Origin: Basidiobolus meristosporus CBS 931.73
Lineage: Eukaryota > Fungi > Basidiobolomycota
Direction of reading: 5' to 3'
Assembly (NCBI GenBank): GCA_002104905.1
Contig: MCFE01000002.1
Coordinates: 62,001 to 126,000 of the forward strand
DNA: 64,000 nucleotides
Made by a program: the position numbers and the translations under genes. The notes below the pieces were generated by a model, which had not been told where the DNA came from, ran no database searches, and worked only from the letters and a program-made list of their open reading frames with translations. Positions 24,606-37,399 of the stretch are shown here, in pieces; positions within the stretch are counted from its first letter, which is position 1; every line of letters starts with the position of its first letter.

Positions 24606-26552
24606 TTGAGGGTTGGAAGGGGGAAAGTATGATATATCCGTTCGAATGACAATGTTATATAGATGTGCAGAGCTCTGTGTAGATAGATATCGGTGACTGG
24701 ATGTGGGGTCTACATCGAACCCAATATGGTAGATTCTCATATCTGGTGCAGATGAAACAGGAGAAGCAAGAGCAAGACTAATCAAGGCCATAGCCCCAAG
24801 ACACTCCCCTTATTCCTAAGGATACCACCATCATCCCTTAATTTCTGCCAGTACAAGTCGAATACCAATCATGGCAAATTTATGGGAATTTCTGTGGAGA
24901 GATGGCCCAACTGTTCAGTCTTTCATTCCAATCAGGTTTTTACTTTTATGGATGTCTCCGCTCATTAATCCGTGCGCTTTGCTCCTGACTCAGTTAAAGA
25001 CACCCTTTCGCACCTTGGATTTCCAATAGAAATATCAGAACGTTAGCAAGTACCACGCTGCGGAGCTAATTTCTCCGGCAGATGGTTACGTTCGCGTAAA
25101 CATGGTCGTTCTAAACCTTCCATTACTCCGGGCTTCAATATGCTGTACGTGCTTGAAGTACTGTGGGCCTTTTACTGAAAAGCCAACCTAATTGACATTT
25201 TAAGGTCTCAAATTTATGCCTTAGTCTCTAAAAAAGCACTAATTATAGTACAATATGTCCCCTTAGTAGAAGAGCATTTGAAGCATGTGCATATTATTAG
25301 GAAATGCAACGAACCTCCACCGAAATGCTTATGTAGGAAAGCGGGCCTTTCAAAAGTCTGATTTTGTTATCATTAAATTTGGTGGCATGTACAAAGACCA
25401 CTAATCTCGCCACTGTTTCAGGGGTATTCTTGAGATCTCATCCAGGCACCCTAGGATGCACAAACCATACAATAAGAAAAGGAAAACCCTCGGCTCTAGT
25501 GAATAGGAGTGCTCAGAGAATGTAGTAGAGAATGGTAATGAAAGCAATGGATAGTACTCCAAGGAGTGGATGAATCTTATGAGCCAAAAAATGGAATCAT
25601 TATTGTGAGGCATGTGATGCTGAAATGCTGCATATTTGCAACGCTTTTATTATTCCAGACGGTCCTGCTCACATCAAGATTCTTAAACTGGCAGCGCAAA
25701 GCCATTTAAATGTTATAGCAACAAGAACACTATTGATTTTTTGACAAGAAATTTACCAGCCCTGGGTTAAAAACTTCAATCATTTCTTGAAATTTTCAGG
25801 TTCCACAAGCCTTCCATGTACTGGCATATCGACGCTTCTTAAAAGCTATATTTGAATGCATTTCTTACACACAGCAATAAGAGATTATGAACTAAGGAGT
25901 CAGTGACGGGATAGTTCCAAGTATGCACATATTTTCCCTACTTCACAGAACCCCAATAATTCTATGCTTGCGTTTCTAAATTCAGTCACGCCTACTGCTA
26001 TGGACACACGGAAAAGTTAACCATACGCGATGCCTTCTGTATCCCCAAAGTTTGCTTTGGATTCGTCGTAAAACACCGAAGGCGGCGATGGCTCAAAATT
26101 AAACCCCCTTTGAAAAACCGATGGTTATAACCAAACGCTGGAACACATGAAGACTTTCCTAACTTTTTCGTACAAAAGACAGAGCAAACTTTAGGTACCT
26201 TTTCTAAATTAAGTTGAACCGTGATTGCCAAAAATGTGTATGGAATTTGAGCAACCTAAAACAGATATGCACTTGATTTACCAATCGTTTACCAAATTTA
26301 TTGGTGGCTAATCAATTCGACGGATTTGTCATGCTCGTAACTGAAATGGCTCAAAACAATCCATCTTGCCCAATCTAACCTCTTGCTAGTAAGGAAGAAA
26401 CACTTCGTATATCCCCAACATAAACATGAATGCCAGATGTTCACAAGCAAAATGAAGCTAAAGCTGGACTTTGGCACTTTATATAGATGATCTCATCAAA
26501 TTGGCGTTCTATGTAATATTCTTCTGCTTCCGTTCGTGGTTCAAAATAGGCA

Positions 26553-27668
26553 TTACTCGGAATCGGTACTTTTCAGCTCGATAGTCCAAACAACTGGCTT
26601 GTTTGTTTCTACTTTTATAATATGACTATCGATTATATTAGAGGTACTGACTAAACCCCCAAATTCAGTAACAGTTTGGTCTAAATGGTTCAATCTAGTT
26701 AACGAGGATTTCCCGGGAAAGTGGCGATTTAAATGCTTACCAAGATTCCACCTTAACCCTTCTGTAGTAAGAACGGTCTTTTCAAAACCAATAGGCAGCA
26801 AACCACAGGTAGGTCCCTCGATTTCTCGATTGCAAATTATCTCGTGTTTTCCCTGGATTGAAATTTAACATCTGGATTTTTGACAGTATTCAGTGGAGCC
26901 TAACCTTGTCCAGCAAAAAGGTAGAGCTGTCGTCAGATATAAGATACACTTTTCTCTCATCTTTAAGCATATGGAGCATCTGAATACTGGACATCGTTTG
27001 ATCGAACCGCCCTCCTATAGCGCCCATTCCAACAATATCATACTTGGATGATGAAAAGAAGTGGTTAGTGGGGAAGGGGGGTTGAACTCTAACATATTAG
27101 AAAAGTTGAATTACCGGTGTTTCGTTGGGTCTTTCCAACTCCCTCTCCCTTACTATGTTCACGCATTTGGTAAAGTCAGTACTGTATTGGTCCTCAACTT
27201 TCTTGATTGTTACACCCTGTCGAACAAAGATTAAGTCAAGTAGCTCCACTTTTGGATTCACGATGAACCTACCTTTTTCTCGTAGAACTCTTTAACTTCA
27301 GGTCTAATGGAATCAAAATCACCCACAACGTAGTCCGGTATATATCTATAGTTCGATGTCAGTGAGCCAATCTACTGCAGTGAAGGGGGTGAAATGTAAT
27401 AACCATACTTTTCCAAATCTTCAGTACCGGAGAAGGCATCGTGTAAACGATTGGTACCGCCATCAGCACATAGGCGAATAGAGGCTGGAGAACGATAGAA
27501 TCAACTATCCGGATCTGTAAATAACTCGTGTTGAGAAGTATACATACCTCGCTTCCATATGTGCTTGAATATAGTATTCTTATGGGGGATGGGCTGATTC
27601 AGCACAACCACAGCAAAGGGTGGTAATTCGTTACAAAGAGGACTCTTGTGGGTGATAGTTTCAGTCAT
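26553..27668 (-). CDS. THI80: Thiamine pyrophosphokinase, multi-exon
   Basis: FAVVVLNQPI, RLCADGGTNRL, VVGDFDSIRPEV, EDQYSTDFTKC, GAIGGRFDQTMSSI, LTTEGLRWNL, EFGGLVSTSN, VETNKPVVWTIEL. Confidence 0.93.
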
Positions 27669-28358
27669 TTTTCTTGACAAGGAGTTGTACTGACAACGAA
27701 GCCCATTAATATACAACTTGAGCATGTTAACTGTTGCTTTGTGTATTTCAATCTTCAATCCATCAACCTATCAGATTCAATAACAGACTTATATACAGTA
27801 TACATTAATAATCCTGTTTAAATCCTGTTTATCCAAAAAGGACTACTTTCTGCCACGCAATGTGTAGATTCCACTTATAGTAGCTAAGAATGGTCTAGAT
27901 TAGATTGTCGATCTGCATGGCGATGTACATCGCCTTAATTCAAGCACAGGGAGGATGATACAGTAGGCTATATATATGAATATAGCAACTGCAAATAGCT
28001 GAAACAATGAAAATACTCATAATGAAGTGTATGTACTATGCCAGCATTGATTATGTACGTTGGCATCATTCATTTGCTTGATTGAGTTTTGGCTTGGTTT
28101 TGTACCATCAATCCCTTGAATTTAGATCACTCACAGGGCCCGTTGTTCACTGCTTTATACGAGTTTTATTATAAATGCTTTTCGCAGTTCGCCGGCAATC
28201 CCAATTCATAATGAAGATTTTGTAATCAAAAGGTTTTCCTGAAAATGCTTGTGAATGGGAAAGTGGGATTGTGCATAATTGCTGAGCAAACACAAAGGGA
28301 AAGGTAAACGTAGCCTATATAGTTGAAAGGCCTCCATCAACAGATTGGCATTCAAGGT

Positions 28359-29207
28359 TTATCCTCTAAACATACGCCCAATGAAGTTGCTGCCAATCAT
28401 TCCTAAGATGCTAGAGTTGCCGCCCAAAGCGCTTGCAGCCATGCCACTCCATTTCTGCTTAGCATTCTTATCACACTTCATGTAGCCGATCAGATTGGCG
28501 CCGCTGAGAACAACCGCAACCGCGACGATTAGAAGCCACTGGAAATTGAAACGGATGATGGCGACCAGAGCAAGCAAAGCCCACACTACGGGTGTTGCAT
28601 AAAGAGAGTACCAGAATAAGCGAGAATCAACACCATTGATAGGCCTGGATTGCTAAAAATAAATGGTTGATCAGTTTGATGCGAAACAATTGTAAGAATA
28701 ATCCTAAGTGTGCCTACATCCCGATTTTCGAATACCCAGACATTACGACCGTCCTCTGCTACCTCGTTCCACCAACGTAGACCTACCAATAATCTACCGG
28801 TGACGTTTTTGACAGTCCAAAAGTCAAAGGCTAGGAGCAACACGGCTATGACAAATGTAAGAACGAAGCTGTTGGAGAAGAAGTTCGCTAACAGGTATAC
28901 TACAAGTGCAGCGATTCGAAACGCGAAATGAAAAACCAGCGCAACAGGATGACTTTTGATAGAGGCAATTATAAGTCACTCTCCGGAGATAAGGCCGGTA
29001 ATAATTCAAAAATACCTAGATTGCTTTAAGATTGAAGGCTGGGGCTCCGGTTGCTGTCCCTCGACATCAAGCGGTTGAAATGGTGATCCTGCCATGGGTG
29101 CAGCATCGGATAATAAAGTCTGGCGATCTATGTTTGACTAATGGAAAAGCTAAGTAAAAGACACTTTTAAGGGGAGATCTGAAGAACAATTGGGAGTACT
29201 GTACCAT
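28359..29207 (-). CDS. TVP23: Golgi apparatus membrane protein Tvp23 (FAM18 family), multi-exon
   Basis: HPVALVFHFAFRIAA, LLLAFDFWTVKNVTGRLLVGLRWWNEV, WVFENRD, LSGANLIGYMKCDK. The start is either an ATG-only exon at 29207-29205 (intron 29204-29138) or the in-frame ATG at 29095. Confidence 0.9.
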
Positions 29208-29838
29208 TTTGCAAGCTAACGGTAAACGAGCTCAAGAAGGGTAGTTTGCCGATGCAATATTCTCCAGCTACTAATCAATACGACGTGTAAGAAAATAATC
29301 AATCTTGCGCGAATAATCCAATTAAATTGCTTACAATTACACCAACTCTAAAATTTAATATCAGGTACATGGTATTCAAACAATCCAAGGCTGAGAAATG
29401 TTTATTTTAAGTAGTTTTTAAACCAATGGCTGATGCCCAACAAATTATAAACGTGGACGAAATCAAAATTTTATTGGCTTCTAATGACATCCCGGCTACT
29501 CACAAATGCGAAAACATATTCATCATCATTCAGCAGATCAGAGTTATCGTTGAAATAGAATTACATGCACGAATAGTGCCGAATTAACTCAAATATCGTG
29601 CAATTTGCATCACCATTGCGAAATTATTTGGGGTTCACATTTAGTGCGTATCTTCATTCAAATATGAGATTAACTTGTGCATACTTATGTGATGCTAAAT
29701 ATCGCTATAATTTATTTTAAGCATTAAAGTTAGATAGTGCTAAGCTAGATTTGCCGAGGTTCTACGTTCTATGATACAAGCCAAAAGATGTCATATAATA
29801 TGTGAGTGCTGCATAGAGCGAATATTTCAATTTGGCTC

Positions 29839-30966
29839 CTAGTTGCTGTTCGAAGGGTTGATGATTTCGTCAAGAAACCTTTCAAATTGTTGAACATTGG
29901 CTTCGAAAATGGAGATTTTGGATTCATTTGAAGGATTTGGATGTTCCATGGGTTCAGGAAATGAATGAGCAATAGGCTCATATAACTTATACAGAGGTTC
30001 GACATCTCCATAATCTTGGCAGTACGGATGATCAGGCTTTGCACCCACACTACTACACAGTTCTTTCACGCACTTCTGCATTGGTAATTCATCCACAGCC
30101 TCGGGATTTACATACTGTGAAAAGAGGTCTTGATCTTCGTGCTCAGCAACGCGCTTACTAAAATAACAGTAGTATCCTTCCATAGGAGTCAGGTTGATGC
30201 TCAGTGCATTACGATGGTCATGATTCAAGTCTGCGTTCTTCTCTACAATGGCTGGATGGTCAATATTCAAAAAGCTGCACGAATGATCCTCTTCAAAATA
30301 AGCTTCTGGAAGTTCCCAGTTTGGTTCTGTCGGAAATGAACCAACTGCTTGTTTCTCCTCAGTATGATACAAAGTGTTCGAATAGAATGGTACTGAGAGA
30401 TGTTCATCTGCCGAGCCTCCGAAAGTCAAGTAATCTTCCTTTATCTTTTGTGGACTGGCAGTTTCTTCAGGAGAGGCCCTTCTCTGGCGCTTTCGAGGTG
30501 TGTATTTGTATCCAGGGTACTTCAATGCATGGTCTTTCTTTCCTTGTTCAGCTTTTTTTCGATAAAACTCTTTGGTGTCTTCTGTTTCGTTTCGCCACAT
30601 CTCCCCAACAATCTTGGAGACTTCCTTATTGTTAATACCTGGGTGAGCATCTAGGATGGATTTCTGTTTGTCCTTCCGGTATGTCATAAACGAATTGTTA
30701 GGGCGAGGGATTCTCTTCGAACTGCGCAGAGATTTTGTTTCTGAAGGCAACATTGGATTGTCATCGTGCTGAGTAGGTGAAGCAAAGGGCTGAGACGAAG
30801 TTGCGGTATACATCGGAACAGAGTGATATCCTTCAGACAAGAAGGTCATATTCAGGCGATTGTGCTCATCAATAATGTTCATCAGTCTTGACATTTGTTC
30901 AGGGGAGAGTGAGTTCTGGGGTCTGTGAAGTGTAGGTTTAAGTGTTAAATCACCTCGAGGATTCAT
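29839..30966 (-). CDS. MATA_HMG-class HMG-box transcription factor (SexM/SexP/Ste11/Rox1-like), intronless
   Basis: RIPRPNNSFMTYRKDKQ...NNKEVSKIVGEMWRNE...KEFYRKKAEQGKKDHALKYPGYKYTPRKR is a sequence-specific HMG box with the YPxYKYxPR tail. Confidence 0.88.
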   Translation of the reverse strand: MNPRGDLTLKPTLHRPQNSLSPEQMSRLMNIIDEHNRLNMTFLSEGYHSVPMYTATSSQPFASPTQHDDNPMLPSETKSLRSSKRIPRPNNSFMTYRKDKQKSILDAHPGINNKEVSKIVGEMWRNETEDTKEFYRKKAEQGKKDHALKYPGYKYTPRKRQRRASPEETASPQKIKEDYLTFGGSADEHLSVPFYSNTLYHTEEKQAVGSFPTEPNWELPEAYFEEDHSCSFLNIDHPAIVEKNADLNHDHRNALSINLTPMEGYYCYFSKRVAEHEDQDLFSQYVNPEAVDELPMQKCVKELCSSVGAKPDHPYCQDYGDVEPLYKLYEPIAHSFPEPMEHPNPSNESKISIFEANVQQFERFLDEIINPSNSN

Positions 30967-31890
30967 AGTGGCAAGATTGATTCAAAGATGATGTCTCTTT
31001 GTAAGAGAATGAGGTAACCGAAACTATGTAAAAACTACGAGTGATGAGTCTCAAAAAATCTTTCGACTTAAATATAAGTCTCAGAAGTAGCCTGACAAAC
31101 TCGATAAAGCTAGTTTTGGATCGGCTCTCATACTCGAAAGCTATCATGTATGGATGAAAGAGCTTTCAGAACAGGCGAGTTACAGAAATTTATGATTATG
31201 GGCAATCCTTTGTTGGCTTCTCAAAATAGCACTGCAATTTACTAGATGCGACCAAGGTTCTTAGATCCGGAGTTTGCCAATTTGAAATGATCAAGCTTTG
31301 ACATGTCTATGATTTGGTTACCACTTGCCACTTATACCTATCCAATTGCTGTATAATGGATTGATTCTTTTAAATAGCAATGTAATGTCGTCACAGATGG
31401 GTATTTCGGTCCCATGGAGACAGTGGTGATTTTTTAGAAATACTGTAAAGATGTGCATTTGCCATTATTATAATATTTTTCATGATAATGGTAGATGGCT
31501 AGCTCTATCCGTATGGTAGACAAAGTCTGATGACAAAACAAGGTCAATTCTTAATTAATCTGAGACCATGGAAGAACATACTTGTACTATTTTGTAAATA
31601 CAAATACGCATGACTGATCAGAGTAGTGGGACAGTGGTTGATGCGTAATTTTACTACATATTTACGTGAAATTAAATGAATAGTGATTATCACACCAATC
31701 CAGGGGATGTCAAGAAGGATGCTATAGCAAATACACTCGGTATTTTCGTAAACAACGTCCTCGTTTGGGTATATTATATAGTTATAGAGTTGAGGGAAAT
31801 ACGAGATTACATATTATATTTAGCGGGCTATAGGTATGTTAATCATGAGGGGAGTGTGAAATATGGTTCGTCTGTTGGTCCTCTTTCGAA

Positions 31891-34873
31891 TTAGTGTCGA
31901 TCAGGCCACGAACAATTACTTTCTCCGTGGTGTTGATCGCGAAGGGAAGTGGAACCTCTTTGATAGCCCGGAACTGACCTACGTTGTTTATATGCTGACA
32001 GCCAATTTAAAGTGAGTCCGGGGGGATGAAAGCTAGTTATAACCAATTGGGCTTACCTCGTTTTCCATTCGGAAGAAGTTCCATTGGAAACGTCTTGAAA
32101 AAAGTGGGCAGTTAGCTCGGCTATAGCAAATTATCATCGTCAACCTGTGTAATACCTATAAACTTCACCTAGAGCTAGGAAGAATGCTATTAGTCTTGGA
32201 TCCCATCCAGTACCCATGACTGTCTTTGAAGCAGTGGCAACCCACGAAAATCGAAGGAACAGATTTGAAACGATAGCAAAATAATAGGCCTAAATAAAAG
32301 AATAAAATCAATGATAGGAACATCAAATGCGCATTCTTGGAGAACTCACCCATTTCCATGAATACGACAACTCCTTGCGTAGGAACTTATGCCGATGGTT
32401 TGTTTCCATAAAGCCCCAATCCATTCGAATGTCCCACAGATATGTGTAGCATGATGCAAAAGTGGCGCAAACTATCCAGAGAACATGCGCTTGGGTAGAA
32501 CCTGTCGTGATAGCATGTGTGAGACGATACTCAATAGGAATTTTAAGTGTAAAGTAGCCAACCTTTAATCCGCGCACCAGCAGCAGCCCATAGAAGAATC
32601 ATTGACGAGATGTATTTTCCGGCATTGAGCAGATGAGGAAACGCGTCTCCACTATCTTTGTATCTCCTGAGACATTGAAGGAAGCGCCACCAAGCAGGTA
32701 AAGTAGGGATAAAGGTAGCTATCCAGTATGTGTGTATGTTGCATCTTGATTCGAGATCCTCCCATCCGCATGAATATGCACACGCCATCAGCTGCAGATT
32801 TATCAAAGTGTAGCCAAGACTGTTCAGTTCATCAGCGATGAAGAAATCACGGAAGTGAACAAAGTATAATGGGCTGGTTATGATTCGATACAAAGTGATA
32901 AGCAACCACCTCCTGGAGGTGTAGTAGAGAATTTTAAATGGACACAAGAAAATCAGAACCAAAGCACCGGTTAAAAGTAGTGGGTATGAATTGGGCCCGA
33001 TATAGTCTGGGAATGGATTGGAAAAGGTACAACTAGATATGTACGAGTACACCATGAAGAAAAAGGAGGGCAGCTTAGGATTTCCTTGAAGTTAGTGACA
33101 GCACTGAACGTATACAACAATGATGGCATTTACCTCCAGGAACTGGTGTCGGTGTAAATGATCCCTTGGGTCAAATTCAAAAATAAATTGATAATTTACA
33201 TTGTTTTTGGACCAAACAGAAACATTGATCCCAAATAAAGCCGCAAAAATGATTGGCAATAATAAACCGCCGTATATCTGTAAAGTTATCTCCACGTAAG
33301 GAATGGTCTTGCGAAACTCCGAGTCCATTGCTAGCGTGAGCAGAGTTAATCGTGATAATAATTGCTCAACCAATTTAAATACAAAGTACCCAGACTGACG
33401 GATCTAGCAAAGACAGGAAGCGAAAGTCCTATATACAATCCTGTTCGGAGTGCTGTTGAGTAGAAAGACTTGGGGCCGATTAATCTTTGGGCACTTGAAC
33501 AAGTACAAAACCGCATACTCTTTTCTTTAGATCAGGGATTCGTAAGCTATCCATTGCTTTTTTCCGCGAATCTCCATCGAAGATCTCTGTATACAGCGTC
33601 TAAAATCATGCCATTAAAGATGGATACTAGGAATTGTTTAGTGGCCACTCTTACTTCAGTTTGTGCTATGATCTTGTCCAGGACAGTAGATGCTACGAAA
33701 TTCCGGCGCTCTGCTTTGTGCATATAGAGTTTACTACATTTCCAGTTTGTTGTCTAATTCAATTCGTCAACATGATTGCTCGGCAGGTTGAAGATTTGGA
33801 CAAATACCTTCTCGAACTTCTTCAAAATCTTCATGAACCCGGTGTGGTTAAGAATCTTGAAGTATGCTGAGTGAATGATTGGGAATATTAACAAATCATA
33901 ATCCTCCCATTACCTTGTAGTTCTTTAACAACTCAACGCTACGATAGAATTCCAGCAGTGCCTTCTCTAACTTTTGCTTTAACTCCTTTTCATTGGCGGC
34001 AATCTCCTCCCGTCGCCTTTCAACCTCCTCCAAGTCAATTGGATCGTTATAAATAGAGTCACAATCACTACAATCATGATGGGACTTTTTCGCATCGTCG
34101 ATCCGATGGTATTTTGCAGGCTCAGTCGAGTTATGCGCACAACACTGTAATTGATCAAGATCAAAGATTTGTATCTCATACTTATTCCCTGCTGTACAAT
34201 AATCCTTACCTCCAGACCGGATATTGCTGCCTCAAGTACAAGCACCTGCTCTCTTAAAGCATAAAGCCGTTTAACTGCCTCCTTCTCTTTCTCTGTTCAA
34301 CAATATATGATTTAGATCAAATACAATGCGAGAAGGTCAATACATACCTTCATAAAACTGGCAAATCTTCTCCAATTCTTTATCCAACAAATCGAAAAAA
34401 CTGCGTTCCTCGGGGCTACGACGTGCTAGCTCAATCTGCAGCCTAGATGAACTTTCTACAAGGTTGTAAGGACTAATTCAGGAAAATAAAGAGATTCTGC
34501 TGTTACCGAAAGTCTCCGCCATATCTAGGGTATATGAGCCCATGCTCAAGGCATTGGTTGTCTTATATTTGAGAAACGGCATCTTTTCAAGGCTTTTAGA
34601 ACTTTTGTTCTGGGATGCTTGTGAGTTTCGGCGAAAAAGATTCCGAAGATTGGTGCTACTGGCATGGCGTCGGTCGATTGGGCGCTCTTTTGTGGGAGGG
34701 GGATACCGGGTTGGGCCAAGTACGGGAGAAAAAAGAATTGCAGACTTGTTTTTATCTAGAGGCCCCTGTTTCTCCTCGATGTGTCTAAGCGCCTTTTTCA
34801 AGGCCTTATAGTCGATGTACTTTTGCTTCCATTCTGGGACCGATTCAGTTTCAAGATATTTGGCAAACTTCAT
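31891..34873 (-). CDS. SYG1: SPX-EXS domain protein (Syg1/XPR1 phosphate exporter family), multi-exon
   Basis: N-terminal MKFAKYLETESVPEWKQKYIDYKALKK (SPX); EXS motifs FVHFRDFFIADELNSL, WWRFLQCLRRY, HLLNAGKY, WDIRMDWG, and RFQWNFFRMENE|HINNVGQFRAIKEVPLP. Confidence 0.93.
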
Positions 34874-36088
34874 GCTGTTTAGAAAGCGACCACAGTATTT
34901 TCGAAAGAAGTGCGTTCCAGCAATATATATGCACCGCTAGAGCACACTTCATTTCGGATTCTGCCGGTTTTATGGCATTTCTATACCTGTCTACCGATGT
35001 CTCATAGAATAGAGATTAATTAGAACTGGTGGATGTGGAAGAGGAGCCATAAATGGTGATAATGTATCAATGTTACATATGTGAAATCTGCCTCAATTAG
35101 TGTTCAATATCGATCGAGTGTTTTCCTCTCTGCTTAAATATATTGGAGATATTACTAACACACGGGCATAGCGTATGTTTCCAAAACGAATATATAGAAA
35201 TGAATCACGCAAATCAACTGACACTTGTACCATTGAAGAGAACATCTTGTGCTACCCATCTGCATCGTCAAGCTTTCTGTGACCCCATGTGGAAATATGT
35301 ACTTCACCATTATCCTCACCAGTATCCGAGAAACATCAGAGGATTAACCTCAGCTCATGTGACCACTATATCATATATTAAAATTATCATCAGCCTCATC
35401 TCTATCATGAAGCCAGGAATTGTTTGCCGCAACCCTTGATGGAGATTCCTAATGTAGAACCAATAAACCCAGTACAATAAGCCCTGTACGAAAATACATG
35501 ATGATCCACTTGTGGTTAATGTTGACCTTTCATTTTTACTTCGCATTTGGCTTCCTGGACAACTAACTGCCATGTATTGTTAACATTACGGAAACTCCAG
35601 TGTTACAGCGATATATTTGTTTGCCATTTTGATTAAATTGATTATGCTGCATCTTTGATGTCATATACCCAAGCCAACAACTGTATCCAATATAGTAAGT
35701 GGGATATGTCCATTTGAGCTACTTCATGTACGCTTTGGATATAAGTTTCAGATACAACTAGCAAAATGCAGTTTTGAAGAATCCTTTTTCATTGGCGACT
35801 TATATAGTACTTTCACAAGACACAATCTTGTTCACTACCAGTAAGCAAGCATTATGGATCAGGTGGGGGAACGGTGAGCGCGCATCGCCCATTTCCTTGG
35901 ATGATAGAGGTGTGATAACCACCTGTAATTTACTATGTAGGTGGGGGCGGTTTCCCCATGACTAGTCATGCATACATTTGACGCTTCATAGTAATCATCG
36001 TTGGTGACCGAGAATGTTTATTTGCTTATTTATTGCACTTGGGTAGGATTTACGGAAAATGATGAGCAAAATCGATGTTTCGAGCACC

Positions 36089-36868
36089 TTAGTTAATAAA
36101 ATATAGGAAAGTTATCAGCATTAACAACGGGACTTTAGGCATTATGTTAGATGCTGAGTTGGCTGTATGGGTTGGAGTATGGTTGGCTGTTGCTTGGGAT
36201 ACAATTGATTGGACTCGGTTTTGTGATGAAGTCTGGTTGGGGTCTACCGTTTGGCTCGGAGCTACAGATTGATTTGGATTGCCTGTTTGACCGGGAGCTC
36301 CGGTTTGATTTGGATCAACAGTTTGAGTCGGGACTACCGATTGATTTGGATTTTGGGTTTGACCGGGTGCTAGGGTTTGGTTTGGATCTTGAGTTTGACC
36401 AGGGGCTATAGTTTGGTTTGGATCCGCGGTCGGTGTGCCATTTGGAACAACTCCCGGGGCAATAGCTGTCGATGCACCCGATTCTCCTGAACTTGCTGTG
36501 CTGATTGCATCGGCGCCATTATCAGTTGGTGAAGAATCTGGGTTGCCAGACTCCGTTGCGGATGAAGCCTCTGGGTTGCCGGACTCCGTTGCGGATGAAG
36601 AATCTGGGTTCCCGGAGTCTGTGGCTGACGAAGAATCAGTGGCAGATGGGCTTAGAGAGTCACTTGAGCCTGACTGTAAACCTGAACCATTTCTACATTG
36701 AGATTGACAATCGCTGATACAATGTGAATCGGTAACACCACAGTATCCCCATTTGGAGCAGCATTGCCCATCAGGGCATTGCTCCCCATTGTCACAGCGG
36801 CCACCTTGGCCTTGGACGTAGGCAATGGAAAAGAGGCTGGTAAGTATGACAAATGAAGAAAGTTTCAT
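36089..36868 (-). CDS. Secreted, probably GPI-anchored chitin-binding (hevein/CBM18) protein with an S/T/Q/P-rich repeat stalk
   Basis: Signal peptide MKLSSFVILTSLFSIAYVQG; CBM18 GRCDNGEQCPDGQCCSKWGYCGVTDSHCISDCQSQC; repeat region; omega-like NSA followed by a hydrophobic C-terminal tail. The ORF track opens upstream at 36937. Confidence 0.88.
   Translation of the reverse strand: MKLSSFVILTSLFSIAYVQGQGGRCDNGEQCPDGQCCSKWGYCGVTDSHCISDCQSQCRNGSGLQSGSSDSLSPSATDSSSATDSGNPDSSSATESGNPEASSATESGNPDSSPTDNGADAISTASSGESGASTAIAPGVVPNGTPTADPNQTIAPGQTQDPNQTLAPGQTQNPNQSVVPTQTVDPNQTGAPGQTGNPNQSVAPSQTVDPNQTSSQNRVQSIVSQATANHTPTHTANSASNIMPKVPLLMLITFLYFIN
36240..36430 (-). repeat. Coding tandem repeat, about 5 x 36 bp (12 aa; PGQTQDPNQTLA-like)
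   Basis: PGQTQDPNQTLA / PGQTQNPNQSVV / PTQTVDPNQTGA / PGQTGNPNQSVA / PSQTVDPNQTSS. Confidence 0.9.
36530..36640 (-). repeat. Coding tandem repeat, about 3 x 33 bp (11 aa; DSSSATESGNP)
   Basis: DSSSATDSGNP / DSSSATESGNP / EASSATESGNP. Confidence 0.9.
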
Positions 36869-37399
36869 GTTGTTGAAAGTACTATTCAGTTTGATGACTT
36901 TTTGGTTGGAGTAACACTGCCTTATATACATTTTCATACAGTCGCCTAAAGATTCGTTCCAAGGTGCGCAGCTACAAAGGACTACTACCTTACATTCAAA
37001 ACAGTGGAATGAAGATATACCGGGAAGTGCTGACTGTACAACTATTTAATCATTAGTATGTCTATTGTGATTTTTTATCTACAAGCATGACTTTGAAATT
37101 TATCCCGGTATGCATGCACGTCACCAAAACTAAATGGATTCAATCGATGGATTTCCATTCAATCCTCATTGGGTACGATCACAGGGTAATTGTCATGGCA
37201 GAGCTGAATCCACTCGCCAACTGCTTGATGAAAAACGGGCCATACTGATTGATCCACCTTGAAGATCTGTCATGATAAAACGTCATCAATTTACAAAATC
37301 TAACCACTTGTCTTGGCAATTATGTGGATTGAATCCATGTCATCGTAGGGGCCCTGTAATATGATGGTTGATTGGATTGAGAATGCAAAGCTCAATCCG

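Noticed and set aside
24830-25610. P450 relic upstream of the intact P450 (TM stretch plus PRVPG; KFAMIGIRLVLAEI)
   Set aside because: No heme Cys, ExxR or PERF motif, and the span is too short. It is kept only as a weak item in the decayed-copies finding, not as a feature.
28359-34873. Mucorales-type sex locus around the HMG gene
   Set aside because: The flanking genes are TVP23 and SYG1, not a triose-phosphate transporter and RNA helicase; Twinkle is a DNA helicase about 9 kb away.
35440-35580. Plus-strand VVNVDLSFLLRIWLPGQ as another small-GTPase relic
   Set aside because: A single short resemblance without P-loop or G4 support; probably over-reading.
36240-36640. Regular 33-36 bp repeats as a CRISPR-like array
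   Set aside because: They are in-frame coding repeats without unique spacers, in a eukaryotic gene, with no cas genes.
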